A stretch of DNA of 64,000 nucleotides from Phallusia mammillata (Eukaryota): NCBI GenBank assembly GCA_965637545.1, contig OZ281500.1, positions 12,028,001 to 12,092,000 of the forward strand, read 5' to 3'. Made by a program: the position numbers and the translations under genes. Shown here in pieces: positions 24,363 to 37,029 of the stretch. The notes below the pieces were generated by a model that saw only the letters and a list, made by a program, of their open reading frames with translations, made no database searches and was not told where the DNA came from. Position 1 is the first letter of the stretch; every line of letters begins with the position of its first letter.

Positions 24363-26408
24363 TTACATATTGGAACCTGTTGTGGTTTCTTTTTTCTTAA
24401 GGGCAACATTTGCTCGATAACTCAAAAACATGTTCCAAAATATGGCAACCACTTGGACAAACAGCATTCTGAAACATGACAAATTTTGAACCTTAGTAAT
24501 GTAAAGTTCAACATCATATTTAAAAATATTACCACTACACAGCAACACATTTATTTCCCAAAAAAACCTTCCCACACACTTGGTGACTGTTGATTATTTG
24601 CCATTGGGTTGAGTTTTTTTAGAACATACAAATTAATGACTTTTTCTGACTCTTTTGGGTGACATTAATGAGCGTTTGGAAGAACTGCCAGTATTCAACT
24701 TTATATCTTGAATTGTATACATGATCACAAGGACTATTGAACTTTGGGCCCCAAATATACTGCACCCCATTTATCATCATTTTAAACCAATTGCATTAAA
24801 ATATTGGTAAATTGCTCGTGCGGTGCTGGATTTCAGCATTTTTTGTTTCTGAATTTTTTATGTGATGAATTAATCTAGATAAAATAGCACAGTTACAACA
24901 AAAAGGTTCCATACAAAATTTAAACAACCGTTTCCTGGCCAAAAGGAAGGAACATACTTAATATACAAAAAGTGCAGAGTCAAAAAACACATATGCCTTC
25001 ATTGATCCATCACCGAGGTTAGGGACAAAACTATATACAGTTTATTTTTAAGTCACTAACCTGTACTCAAATGGAACAAAACTGAAATTTATTGTCTGTG
25101 CCGGAATCCAAACCTAAATGTGAATGTACAAATAGTTGAAATGGCAAACTTCAAAAATTTAAATGTTGACACAGATTTTATAAAAAGTTTGAATTGGAAT
25201 TATTTTAAACACTTCTCTCGACCACATCCTTTCATACAACTCCCAAATGCATAGATGACTTTCAACCAGCTAAATATTAACATGCAAAAAAGTATTATCA
25301 ACCATATGATTCAGGGTACAAATGTATACAGATATATACTGTGGATTATAAAGGGATATAAATTAATGGAACAACCAGACCACTTGGATTAGTGGTGTGT
25401 AACAGACAACCTGCAGCTAAGCTTATCTGCATTTGACTTATTTCAACACATCTATCAAGTGTCACAAACTTACCACCCAATTGGCTTTTAGTATGTCAAA
25501 GAAACTGCTCTTAAAAGTTGATATTGCTCCAGTAATCCCTTGGTTTGAAAGAAGAGGGTGTAAAATAGAAAATCCACCTAGTATAAGTGGTGCTGCAAAG
25601 CTCTATTAACGAATAAAGTATAGTCAACAAATAATTCTGCAGTCACATTTCACAAATAAAAACAAATCAATTTTACCTGATCAAGGGCAACAGTAAACAT
25701 GACAGGCAAGTTCAACTTGTGCAATATGTTCAACCACACACTGACAACAGGTCCCTGAAGACAGAAATGTAGTTTAAGATGGCAGTTACAAAAGTTACCA
25801 GGATAAGCACCAATGAGTGAAAAATGAACAAACCAGCATACAAAGTAAAGAAAACCACATGCTGACATCACTGCAGTTCGGCGAAAGCTGTATCTTGTTT
25901 TTCTCTTTTCAGTATATTGTGCAACAACATCACCAGCTGTCGAAAGAATTCCTGAAATGCACCATAGTGATATTTATACAGGTGATATTCTGATGGCGCA
26001 ATATGTATGTCAGTGGTTCTCAACTAGTGGTCCATCATGACATTTTGGGTGGTCCACAAGACGTCCACTAAATTAAGTATTCAACTAGAGATGATTGCAT
26101 ATTACATGTTGAAAAGAGCATCAAAATGTGTTAATAATTGTATCTCACTTCTCGAAAATCGGTTTACAAGAATTATGTTTCAAGTTCAAATGGTTGTTTC
26201 GTATGCGTACTTCAAACTTGCTCAAAAATGAAATGGTCCACGATTTTATTTTAACTGGGCCGGTGGTCCATGGCCTAAAACGAGTTGAGAAGCACTGATG
26301 TATGTGAAATTATTTATGCATTGGTTACAAACCTGCAGTTACAGTTTGGGTCAAAAATGGCCGTCGTTTCACTAGATCGCCATACATTCGAAGGTATTTC
26401 AAAGCCAT
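24363..26408 (-). CDS. MPV17: Mitochondrial inner-membrane protein MPV17 (183 aa)
   Basis: Exons 26408-26333, 25951-25842, 25754-25677, 25602-25474, 25113-25061, 24468-24363 (552 nt, phase-consistent). Translation MALKYLRMYGDLVKRRPFLTQTVTAGILSTAGDVVAQ...GPVVSVWLNIL...VALDQSFAAP...VWIPAQTINFSFVPFEYRMLFVQVVAIFWNMFLSYRA aligns with human MPV17 (GPVVGGWYKVLD, LLDQ, WPAVQLANFYLVP, VQCVAVIWNSYLSWKA). Confidence 0.92.
26011..26297. mobile_element. hAT-type MITE in MPV17 intron 1
   Basis: TIR CAGTGGTTCTCAAC / GTTGAGAAGCACTG. Perfect 8-bp TSD atgtatgt (26003-26010, 26298-26305). Confidence 0.9.
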
Positions 26409-26838
26409 TTTCAGATGATAAGTAGAACAAATTTAAATACGTATTGAGCCTTAAAATGAAAATCAACACATATCTTGAAGATGCAATAAACTTTAAAGAA
26501 TGGCAGATTTAAAATAAATATTTTATTGCCTAACAGATATCAACAATAGCACTGACAGTTCTAAATGATGTAACAAGATAACGATACAACACAGTGACCA
26601 ATGACATTATTAAACGCATTGGGCGGTGATCACAACACATCAAACACGTAAAACTTTTTTGACCTCTTATGTTTAAATATTCAAATGATATCTCAAGTTT
26701 AAAAGGAATACAATATCCCACTCACTAAAATCAGTTAAATGCACCTGAATTTAATCACATAAACAGTATTGTGACATCTTGTCAAACAATTAAAGCAAGT
26801 AAAAATAGCTAAGTGCATAAACTTGCATAAAGACAACA

Positions 26839-27441
26839 CTAACAAACATCATCATTTATCACATTGTCAACTTTCTTTTGTTGTGCCATTGCTCTTGATT
26901 CAAATGATGTAACCATCTTTTTCACAACCTCATTGAAAAACATATTTGCCAACTTGGTATACATTAATGAGCGAAATTCAAAAATAATGTGAAAGTTTAC
27001 AATACATGTGTCAGGTTGAGGTCCAGGTGCAAACTTCCAAGTGCAGTCAAGCAAATTAAAGAGCTTTCCTTCAGTGCAAATAGATTTAACATAAGTTGGA
27101 TCATTCAGTACAAGAGTAGAGTTGTAGTGTTCCTGAACTGGGCCAAATCCAATAGAAAGTTTTGCTTTTGCAGTTTTGTTTGTTTTGGAAGTCACGACAC
27201 TCTTTGTGCAATATGGTATGAATTCGTAATATTTATCAACATCAGCAACAACATTGTACATCACACTTATTGGGGCCCGCACAACTTTGCGATCTGCATG
27301 CTGAAGTGTTCTTGAGAAAATGGGTAACGTTCTTTGTGTCCTGACAATCACAGCTCTGTTGTTGACTGCACCAATTAGGTTTGAGGTAGTTTTCCATGTA
27401 CCGCGAACTGCGGTGATTACACAATTCGTCAACAATACCAT
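26839..27441 (-). CDS. COQ10: Coenzyme Q-binding protein COQ10 (START domain), single coding exon, 200 aa
   Basis: Uninterrupted ORF with MYNVVADVDKYYEFIPYC, LSIGFGPVQEHYNS, GKLFNLLDCTWKF, FEFRSLMYTKLANMFFNEVVKKMVTSFESRA, plus a basic/hydroxylated N-terminal presequence-like region. Confidence 0.95.
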   Translation of the reverse strand: MVLLTNCVITAVRGTWKTTSNLIGAVNNRAVIVRTQRTLPIFSRTLQHADRKVVRAPISVMYNVVADVDKYYEFIPYCTKSVVTSKTNKTAKAKLSIGFGPVQEHYNSTLVLNDPTYVKSICTEGKLFNLLDCTWKFAPGPQPDTCIVNFHIIFEFRSLMYTKLANMFFNEVVKKMVTSFESRAMAQQKKVDNVINDDVC

Positions 27442-28304
27442 TTCCTACTCTATAGAGTCACTATAGTGACTGATTAACAGACAGACAAACAAAAACCTGT
27501 ACACTTGGAGACAAATATATCAACAAGTTTAAACATATTACTCAATCTCATGAAAGCAGTGTAGTGAGATTTTCAGAGAGGTGTTTTTTTAACTGCAACC
27601 AATTCGAACCGAACAAATCAAGTACAATCAATTTCAACATTTAAATTAATTCAATAATAGAATTAAAATACCAAAATTACAAAACAACGACAAGCAAAAA
27701 TACATTTGCAACTCACTTTAATGTCACAACTTAAAAAACTAAACTTATTAAAAAGTTGGGTCAAACTATAACTTATAACTATGCACAAAGAGCAAATGTT
27801 ATTACATTTACTTTTTACCGTTAACATAATAGATAACAAGACGTTAACACTTATGATAGTGGCTGATCACTTGTTATGAAACAGTCTACGAATAATAGCC
27901 AATCAATGTCCAAATGATATTCATCGCTCCGTCCACCATCATCATTTCGCCGAAATCCAAAAAGAAAAAAAAATTACGCATGACTGCGTGCTGTTTCAGA
28001 AACAATTTTATTTTATAGATATTTTTTTCAATTTCAAACGACTTGCTATTAAACATTCCGCGCATAATAATTTTCTATAAATTGGCACAGAGGTACTTTA
28101 GAGCAAGTAGTTTAAAGGTATAGCGCGATCTTTTTGGTTTCAATCACTATTTGCCAACGAAATGATTTTAACCGACACTAGTTTACAAACGGCAACCCAA
28201 ACATCAATGCGTATATGTACAGGATTGTGCGATGTTCAGATTCGATTAAAAATACATTCCGCGCATGATATTTTTCTATAAATTGGCACAGAGGTACCTT
28301 AGAG

Positions 28305-28835
28305 CAGTGCTTCCCAACCTTTTCCAGCTCACGGCCCACTTCCCAAAAAAAATTTTTTTGGCGGACCACCGTTTAATATTGCGACAAAACCACAATGAAA
28401 AAGAACAAACATTAAGAAAGAACAATAATAACCGCACAAGGAATACTTCTGAAGCCTGAGCTTGCTGATTTGATATGATGAGATCAAGTCGGAGTTTAAT
28501 TGGGAGACAAGTTCACACGCAATTCAGCATTTAGTGTATCAGTGTTAAGACTGTTTCGTGTCTTCGATTAAGTAGTGTTGTCATGCGACAATTGCAGTTT
28601 AAGTACTGTTATGACGTAACAATTGCAGTTTGTTTGTGTGATAAAGCTTTGTTTAACGTGAAATTTTATGCGACTTTCATAGTAACTAATATTATATTTT
28701 AGAGAAATATAGTAAAACTTGAAAGTACGTTCACACGAACTGTGTAACTTTTTGAAGTTTGACAAGCTTCGCGGCCCACGAAAAAGAACGTCGCGGACCA
28801 CCAGTGGGCCGCGGCCCACCGGTTGGGAAGCGCTG
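28305..28835. mobile_element. hAT-type MITE nested in the left arm of the foldback
   Basis: TIR CAGTGCTTCCCAACC / GGTTGGGAAGCGCTG. TSD ccttagag / cctcagag (7/8). Confidence 0.85.
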
Positions 28836-29046
28836 CCTCAGAGAAAGTAGTTTAAAGGTATAGCGCGATCTTTTTGGTTTCAATCACTCTTTGCCAACGA
28901 AATGACATTAACCGACACCAGTTTACAAACGGCTTGCTCTATAAGGTACCTCTGTGCCAATTTATAGAAAAATATCATGCGCGGAATGTATTTATTTTTT
29001 TGATCAAATCTGAACATCGAACAATTCTGTACATATACGCATTGAT

Positions 29047-29652
29047 CACTAGCGTATTTAGGGGGGGGGACAACGTTCCATGCCCCCCCCCCCCCTCAAG
29101 AAATTTTGACCGGCTGTTTTAGTATTGAATCTTGCAATTTCAGACAAAACTGTAAATAGCAATGTGCGTAACGCATGGATGCTCGTCACACATCTCAATA
29201 AACAATGCCAATCTAGGCCACTTGGCGTCCAACTGCACGTATGACGTCACAATGGATTTTATAATAGCTTTGTTATGTCACACTCATACAAGTGAAGATA
29301 ATTTACAATATGATTAAGAGGCAACCACTGTTAGAAAGAACTGTGTCGAGTGTTAAAAAGTGTTACATGTAGACGATCGAATCGTGACTATACGTTCGTT
29401 ACTTACAGCAAGAGTAAGGGCTTCACAGGGCCTTAGGCTAACCAGCATTTAGTTGATATTGCGAGTTTAGTAGGCACAACAGGTGCTAACAGAGAGGTCT
29501 ACACAGTCTACCGCCAAATGGCGCATTTTCTGCCACAAGTGGCGCATTTACCGCCGCAAGGTGGCGCATTTTCCGCCACAAGGCGGCGCAAAATATTTTG
29601 TATTATTGCCCCCCCCCCCCCAAAAAAAAAAACGATCCTAGATTCGCCACTG
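29047..29652. mobile_element. hAT-type MITE (CAGTGGCG family) nested in the foldback
   Basis: Perfect TSD gcattgat (29039-29046, 29653-29660). Ends CACTAGCGTATTTAG / CTAGATTCGCCACTG, subterminal G/C runs, and an internal about 21-bp repeat (GGCGCATTT) x4 at 29510-29590. Confidence 0.85.
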
Positions 29653-29745
29653 GCATTGATGTTTGGGTTGCCGTTTGTAAACTAGTGTCGGTTAAAATCA
29701 TTTCGTTGGCAAATAGTGATTGAAACCAAAAAGATCGCGCTAGAC

Positions 29746-30522
29746 CAGTGGTTCTCAAACTTTTTTTTGTTGCGACGCCTCTGGAAAAGTTTTCTGAACT
29801 TGCGACGCACCAGCAAATAAAAGTGAATGAGGAAACTTATCAATAAACAGTTAATTTAAATCCTTTAAACAGCACTTAGAGAACAAATTTACCCTAACTG
29901 TTTTTCGACAAAGTTACTCAACACTTTCAGTGCACCCGGCAATTACCTGCGGGATTTTGTTAATTGTTTTAATTATTGCGCACAATTGCATTGTCTTGTC
30001 TGCTGCAAGGCCTTAACAGCATCAATAACGAATTACAATGAAAGTAATGTTTCAACTTGCGCACAATATGACTGATGCACAAAAATTTACTGCTAAAACT
30101 CATGCACAATAATTACTTCAAACTTTTCTGACAATTATACGTTATAACTACCTCAAGCCTTTGCTAGAAAAGTCGCCTTTGTTACATTGTTAAGAAACAA
30201 GACTCCGTTCACGTAATCAAGTTTAATGCCCGCCAAGCGTCGCCCCAGACACGCGCCTATCACGCACTTGCTGCTTGTACTGTTTGGTCTCGACGTACAT
30301 TAACGGACAGCCGCATTTTTGATCAAAAAATTTTGAGGTAAATTTACGTCAATCCGCACTCTACGCAAAAAGTATTTGGACGTAGATATACGTCACCTGC
30401 ACTGAAACCTCATTTTTATGAAATAAACTGAGTTCAGCCACGATACGGAAATATTCTGCGACGCCCTTGGAAAATTGAAACGACGCACCAGGGCGTCGCG
30501 ACGCACAGTTTGAGAACCACTG
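29746..30522. mobile_element. hAT-type MITE nested in the right arm of the foldback
   Basis: Perfect TIR CAGTGGTTCTCAAAC / GTTTGAGAACCACTG. Perfect TSD cgctagac (29738-29745, 30523-30530). GCGACGC subterminal repeats; same family as 57682-57896. Confidence 0.92.
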
Positions 30523-32341
30523 CGCTAGACCTTTAAACTACTTGCTCTAAGGTACCTCTGTGCCAATTTATAGAAAATTATCATGCGCGGAATGTGTTTT
30601 TATTCGAATCCGAACATGGAACAATTTTGTACATACGCATTAATGTTTGGCTTGCCCATTGTAAACCTGTGTCGGTTAAAGTCATTTCGTTGGCAAATAG
30701 TGATTGACACCAAAAAGATCGCGCTAGACCTTTAAACTACTTGCTCTAAGGTACCTCTGTGCCAATTTATAGAAAATTATCCTGCGCGGAATGTGTTTTT
30801 ATTCGAATCCGAACATGGAACAATTTTGTACATACGCATTAATGTTTGGCTTGCCCATTGTAAACCTGTGTCGGTTAAAGTCATTTCGTTGGCAAATAGT
30901 GATTGAAACCAAAAAGATCGCGCTAGACCTTTAAACTACTTGCTCTAAGGTACCTCTGTGCCAATTTATAGAAAATTATCATGCGCGGAATGTGTTTTTA
31001 TTCGAATCCGAACATGGAACAATTTTGTACATACGCATTAATGTTTGGCTTGCCCATTGTAAACCTGTGTCGGTTAAAGTCATTTCGTTGGCAAATAGTG
31101 ATTGAAACCAAAAAAATCTCGCTAGACCTTTAAACTACTTGCTCTTAAGGTATCTCTGTGCCAATTTATAGAAAAATATTATGCGCGGAATGTACTTGAT
31201 TCGAAATTTTGAACATTGCAACAAGCTTGCATTAATTTCCACCCAACCATTATGTGCTACAGTCATGCTAATGACGTCACAATGATATTTGGCGCCGATA
31301 TATCAGGTGAACGTCTGTAATAGCGAGTCGTTCAAAATTGAATGAAGAAAAAAATATATACAAAGTAAAAAAAAAAGTTTCTGAAACTGCACGCAGTCAT
31401 GCGTAAAATTTCGTTTCGTTACATGTATACGATCGATGTATACTATACATGTAACGAAAATTCCATTTCATGTCAGTTGGGCGAAATTGATTCAATGAGA
31501 GGGGAATTTTTTTACACATGACTGCACAATGTTTCCAATAAGTAATTTTTTGACAAGGACGTCGGGAGTCCGGCGTTGTGTGATTAACGGCAGGGTCGTT
31601 GTTATCATTATGTCTTTTAATGCAAGAAAGAAAATTAGCTTTATTTTGGTTACTATTTGTGCATTCAGGTCAAAGGTTGAAGCTCAGGGGGAAAGAGTTG
31701 CAAATCGTTTTCTAAAATTCAAACCACTTGCATGTACACCCAAAAGCGATTTAAAAACATATTTTTTGCTAGAGTGGTGGTTCCCGAATCAGGGGGTTGG
31801 AATGTAAATATGTGGGATCACAATCGAGCCATGGGAACAATGAGGTCCCTGAGAAAACATCTGATATTTTTTATCAATTAAAAATCACCGTCTGCTTAGG
31901 ATTAGAAACAAGGTCTGTCGTTTAGTTTTGTAATATTTTATTTAAACTATACCCTCACTTTAATCCAAGCAGAGCCACTAGTGGCTCTGATCCAAGCAAG
32001 CCAAATTGTAAAATCTGTTTTTGCCTAATTGCAATATTTACATGTTAGGGGATTTTCCCAAACATTTTGCCTTTGCTTTATCAGAAGATGGTTTCAAGTT
32101 TCAACTGAAGTTTTTTGTACGTTAACCTCGGCTTAGGCATGTGGATGATGATACTAATACGTATAATATAATATTCAAAACCTATCGGCTTGTTAAATGT
32201 AATATTGCTACTTGCTTACGTGTAGAACTGCAGTTGCAGACGTTATTGACCTTAAGTAGTGGTAGTGAATTGATTTGAAGTTAATATAAAAAGTGTGTGT
32301 ATACTTAAACCTAAACGTATTGCAGCTGGTGCACCAGCAAC

Positions 32342-35300
32342 ATGGCAACTTCCCTTACGTGTGAAGATTATGACAAATTTAAACAAGCAAAAGAACTAAA
32401 CGAATGTGAAGATGAAGCACAAAATCCTTACAAATCAAAATATGAAGCAAGGAAGCTGTTTCTAGATGTTCGAAATTCTGTGCACAATTTAAGGGAGGAC
32501 AATCAGGATGATACTGTACTATTGTAAGTATATCTTACATAAAACATATGGAAAATGTTTATGTATACATGAAACAGTATACATATGTTTTTGAACATAC
32601 TGCCATTAAAACTTTACATGTACATGTGTTATAGTGGATGAAATTTTAAAAAATGCACCCACAAGGTAAAAGGTTTATGTCATCAATATTGGTGAACCAA
32701 AGTTGTTTAGGGCTTGTCGCAGCAGAAAACTTGGTTATTGCTTTTACAGTAAAAAAGTGGCTTAAAAACATATGGTAGTTTGGTTTAAAATGCAATTATT
32801 TTATGATGCTAACAAACACCTTCTATTTGTTTGCAGAGCAAAAGAAGCTGCAATTGAGTATATATTGGGAGTAAATTTTTACAACACTGAAGAAGTTCCA
32901 GATGGTGAAGAAAAGTTAAAAAAAGTTTTAGAAGTATTTTGCTTAATCTTTACATAGCAATAAAAGTATACCTAATGGCTGTCTGTACTTTTTTTGAAGA
33001 CTCTGACATCAAGAGAAAACATTATACTAAAGCCACATGTGATATCCATTTTGATTGCGACTTACAACCAGCTGTGTCTTTTATGGTCAAATCGTGCTGA
33101 GGGACTAGAGAAGTATGTGTACTTTTTTGTATTCAAAGAGGATTTTAGTCCCATGAATATTGACTTGTATTTGTTCCAATCCATAAAAGTATTTTGCAAA
33201 TCTGTCATTTGCTGACAAGCTAATAGAAACTTGTTATGAAATCGAATATTCTGTATTTGTTCCAAAACTATAATATGCATACAAATGCGGGATGTTCGAT
33301 TACAGTCCCATTTAGGATTGGCCCGATACCCTTTTTTAATTCGATACTGCTTAACTATATTTTACACAAAAAGGCAATTAAATATGATACCCTTTTATTT
33401 GGGTACATATCAGAAGAAATTGTTTCCGATGCAGTATCAAGCCATCCCTGGCTGCAATCAACACAGTCTTCCTTTAATTATTAAAAAAATGTTTTTTGAT
33501 AACATGTGTTGTCACCAACAGAACCTTCGAACATTTGGTAAAGGCAAAAGAACTTTACTTGTCATTTCAAAATGAATGTGATGATGCCCCTTGGACTGTT
33601 GAGGAGCATTTTTCAAATGAGCCACGCACCAATGTGGAGAGAAAACATGCATTTGAAAGCTTACATACATACACACTTTACTATCTTGCACAAGTTTACA
33701 AGCATTTAGGTATGTTTTATGATTTAAAATTCTTTTTTTCACTATTTTGTTTTTGTCAATATAATGGTGGCCAGCAAAGAACAAGATAAATGAAGCCTTG
33801 TTTTGACCTACAAAAAATTTCCCCAAATATGTTTTTAGATAAACGCGATGAGTCAGCGGAATGCTGCATGCAGACCTTACACAGGCAATTAAAATTTAAT
33901 GAATACAAACCAGTTGACTGGGCTATAAATTGTGCATCACTTTCCCAGTACTATGTGGTGAGAAACAAATTCAAAGAAGCCAAACACTGTCTATCATGTG
34001 CCAACTACCTTCTTGCGGAAGAGAAGATTAAAGCTGAGGGTAAGAAAAAAAATCTCTTGCCTTGAACTACCCTAAATGGAGTTTACAATTCACGTTTCTC
34101 TAATTTTTGCACTTCGAGCAAAAGTACCTTCTTAAATACTAACATTTGCAAGTAGATTGCTTTAAGAATTTAAACACGATTGCTTGCAGATAATGATATT
34201 GACAGAATTGAACAGGCTGAGTCTGATGTTGCTAGATGCTGGGTGAAATATTTTGTCAACCTACTTGATGAATCAAAAGAAAAGCTGTCTGATGAATATG
34301 GTATGTTCCAGACACTTTGTTTTGTAATACTGTTGAATGAGGGCAAGTTTTTTGGCACTCTTATTAACTGTTATGTAGCATTTTTAAGCATCCTGATTTT
34401 TTGCCCTTTGCCATGCTTGCACAAAGTAAAAATTTACCATGACATTTTCTTTGTTGATCTATTTCCGATCAGGTGAGTTAGACATAAATCTCCAAATCCA
34501 AGCAGTTCAGAATGAACAAAGTGGCACTGGAGAAGATGATGACAAATCTTTTGAAAGATTCGGTTTGGAAGTAACATCAATTGAAGAGTCCATTCCTCAT
34601 AACTATGCCCACAATATAAAATTGGTAATTAGAAAAAATCCAGTATTTTCTATGTCAAACTTATTAGTTGAATCATGCTATAAATCGCCTTTAAGCTGTG
34701 GATAATGTGTTGTAACATTTACAAGAAACTTAACTATCCTTTTTTTGTTCAAGGCAATAAATTATGTCATTGTTTGTTTTGTGGTAGGCAAGAGCTATAT
34801 TTTTGAAAGGAAAGCAGTATGCTGAGGATGCCCTTAAATTTTTTGTCATGGATGGTTTTGTTACTGATCATGTGGAACTGATACAGGTGAAAATGCATGA
34901 CCAAGAACATTTCTGTTGTGTGTTTAAGCCAGAGTTGAGGAGTTGCAGTTTCAAATGTGGGGTTGGAGTTAATAGGGGTCAGCATCAAAAAATATGTGAT
35001 TGAATTAACCTTGGTTTAATTTTATTTTGTGTTCTTTTATCTGGCATGTTTTGTGTTCTTTTTTTCTTGGGATTTGACAGGTGAGATTTACTAGTAATTA
35101 ACACCTATATGCATGCATATAGGATTTAAGTCACCTTTACCAGTACATGGCATTCTTTGAACCAAGCAAAGAGGTTCAGTGTAAGATGCACAAACGGAGG
35201 ATTGATTTGTTGTCTGTTGTGTTGAAGGAACTTAACATACAGTATTACCTTGCAATATGCAGGTGAGAATCAGTATTTGCATCATTACTTTGTACGTTTT

Positions 35301-36218
35301 TTGTTAGATGTACTATAAAACAGGTTTTCATCTATAGCAGTAACAAGGTTTTTTTTGGATTTATTAGGCAACTTCAATATGAGATTGGAAAGACCTACAA
35401 TGAAATGTTTTCACTAAAGTTGTTGTTAGCTGAGGGAAGTGGAAATTCACCCACCACTCATATGATAAAGAAAATGACAACACTTTGCAATTCTGGGTAT
35501 GTAATTATTGAATTGATAAGGGCATTCTATTTTGAAATTGATGAGGACATTTTATTTTGACCAGTTGCTCAGGCATTAGCACTTTTTATATTTCTTATTC
35601 AAAATACAAGTTTAAGTATTTAGGGTTGTGGGATCTATAAGCATCAAAGTTACCCTTGTATTAGATGAAGCATTGTGTAAAATGTGTTTTCTTCAATTTA
35701 AAATTTTCTAACATTTATGGGCTAGAATTGGATACTTTCGAATGTTTTTAAACACACACAAGCTGCCAGATGGTAACTTTCCAGACAGATTCGAGCCAGA
35801 GATGGAAAGATCCACACTCTTGGCTCATTTCTACATTGGAAGGTATATACTACATATATGTTCCATCAACCAGCTGTATTCACTTAAGTAATGCATTTTA
35901 AAACAGGTCTTTACTAGACGAGCAAAGAATTTTCTTAAATCTTTCGAATTTTTGGGTCAAAACCACAATTTAGGCATTAAAACAAATTGTATTTAATTTG
36001 GTATAAATTTTTTGAAAAGATTATACTCGAAAAAACCTGCTGCTTCAGTTGAAAGCAATCTTCAAAACAAGAGACTGGCACTTGAAAATTACAAGTTTAT
36101 AACCAACTATGTGGACACACACCAAGAAGCAGAGGCTGCTGTCAAAGCTGAAATTGGAGTTTGCAGAGAGATGGTTGATCTTTTGCCACGCACTTTAGAA
36201 CAATTTGATTCTTTGTAA
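32342..36218 (+). CDS. KIFBP: KIF-binding protein (KBP/KIAA1279), 575 aa
   Basis: 12 exons: 32342-32523, 32837-32933, 33000-33112, 33522-33709, 33839-34039, 34190-34300, 34473-34624, 34788-34886, 35123-35262, 35368-35496, 35726-35842, 36020-36218 (1728 nt). Motifs PYKSKYEARKL, TYTLYYLAQVYKHL, DWAINCASLSQYY, DGFVTDHVELIQD, CKMHKRRI, CREMVDLLP. Confidence 0.95.
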
Positions 36219-37029
36219 TTAATATTTCACTGTGTTTACTTGCACCGCTGCAAAGGGATAGAGTTTGATCCTCATGCTTCAAGTTTTAGTGGAAGGACCA
36301 TATTTAAATAAGGCTGGTACAGTTGCACTGTTTTGTAATGCTCAGGCATGTTCTTGTTGATGTTGTAGAGGTATTATAAGTAGCGATACACTGTACTATA
36401 GTTTGCTTAAATGTTTTAACATTGTCTTTACAAAACACAGGCACTGTTGTTATTTTTGTGTGCATCTAATACATTATGAAAGATGTTTTGGAGTGTTATG
36501 AACAAGTTTAACTGCATTATTTACATAGCATACCTTCCAAATATTTAGTAGGTTGGATCTTTATGGTTAGTGTTTCAATCGTTGCATCACAAATAACAAA
36601 CTGCACTTTGTCTCTTTTTTGTTCTTGTTGTACCACTTACACTGATAAATGTATCCAAACATGTTTGTTTGAATTAATTTTATTTAGGTTTTTATGTGTC
36701 ATTAAGTGTCATCCAAGCAATAAATGGTGCTTCTGTCTGAAATCACTTTTGGGTTACTGATAACAGGCAATTTTCAATAAATATGGAAACCAGCAATCAG
36801 TGACTTTGTCAAAATTCATTTACCAGAATCGGTTGTATCAAGTTTATTGTTTCAAACAGCACAAAGCTCTTGTAGCTTGGACCTACAAATATGACTTGAA
36901 AAACAGATTGCAGCAAAAAATGCCAAACTTAGTGTAAATCAATTGTTTTATGTTTGTCAAAGTAGTTCACTTCAAGTTGAACTTTTTTATGCACAAACAA
37001 ACACATGTGTGAAGCAAAAGACAATAATG

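Larger units (their letters stand above)
27974..31406. mobile_element. Foldback-like element: long inverted arms built of about 199-bp tandem repeats, with nested insertions
   Basis: 30-bp terminal IR, 29/30 identical (27974-28003 vs 31377-31406), with homology extending about 80 bp. Repeat units run one way in 28053-28933 and inverted in 28934-31200. GGTACC/GGTATC anchors fall at 30551, 30750, 30949 and 31149. Confidence 0.85.

Noticed and set aside
27456-27471. 16-bp palindrome AGTCACTATAGTGACT resembling T7/SP6 promoter sequence
   Set aside because: Only a partial match, and the flanks are genuine COQ10 5' sequence, so it is not vector contamination. No function can be supported.
27974-31406. 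199-bp and 74-bp (46280-48127) arrays as CRISPR-like arrays
   Set aside because: Units are contiguous with no unique spacers, the context is eukaryotic, and there are no cas genes.
32630-32670. 31-nt AG/GT-bounded cassette in KIFBP intron 1
   Set aside because: It is phase-incompatible with the upstream donor and introduces a stop.
48-36218. Kinesin-related theme (JIP1 and KIFBP near a proneural gene) as a functional cluster
   Set aside because: Unrelated housekeeping genes are interleaved and there is no shared regulatory signal. Coincidence is sufficient.
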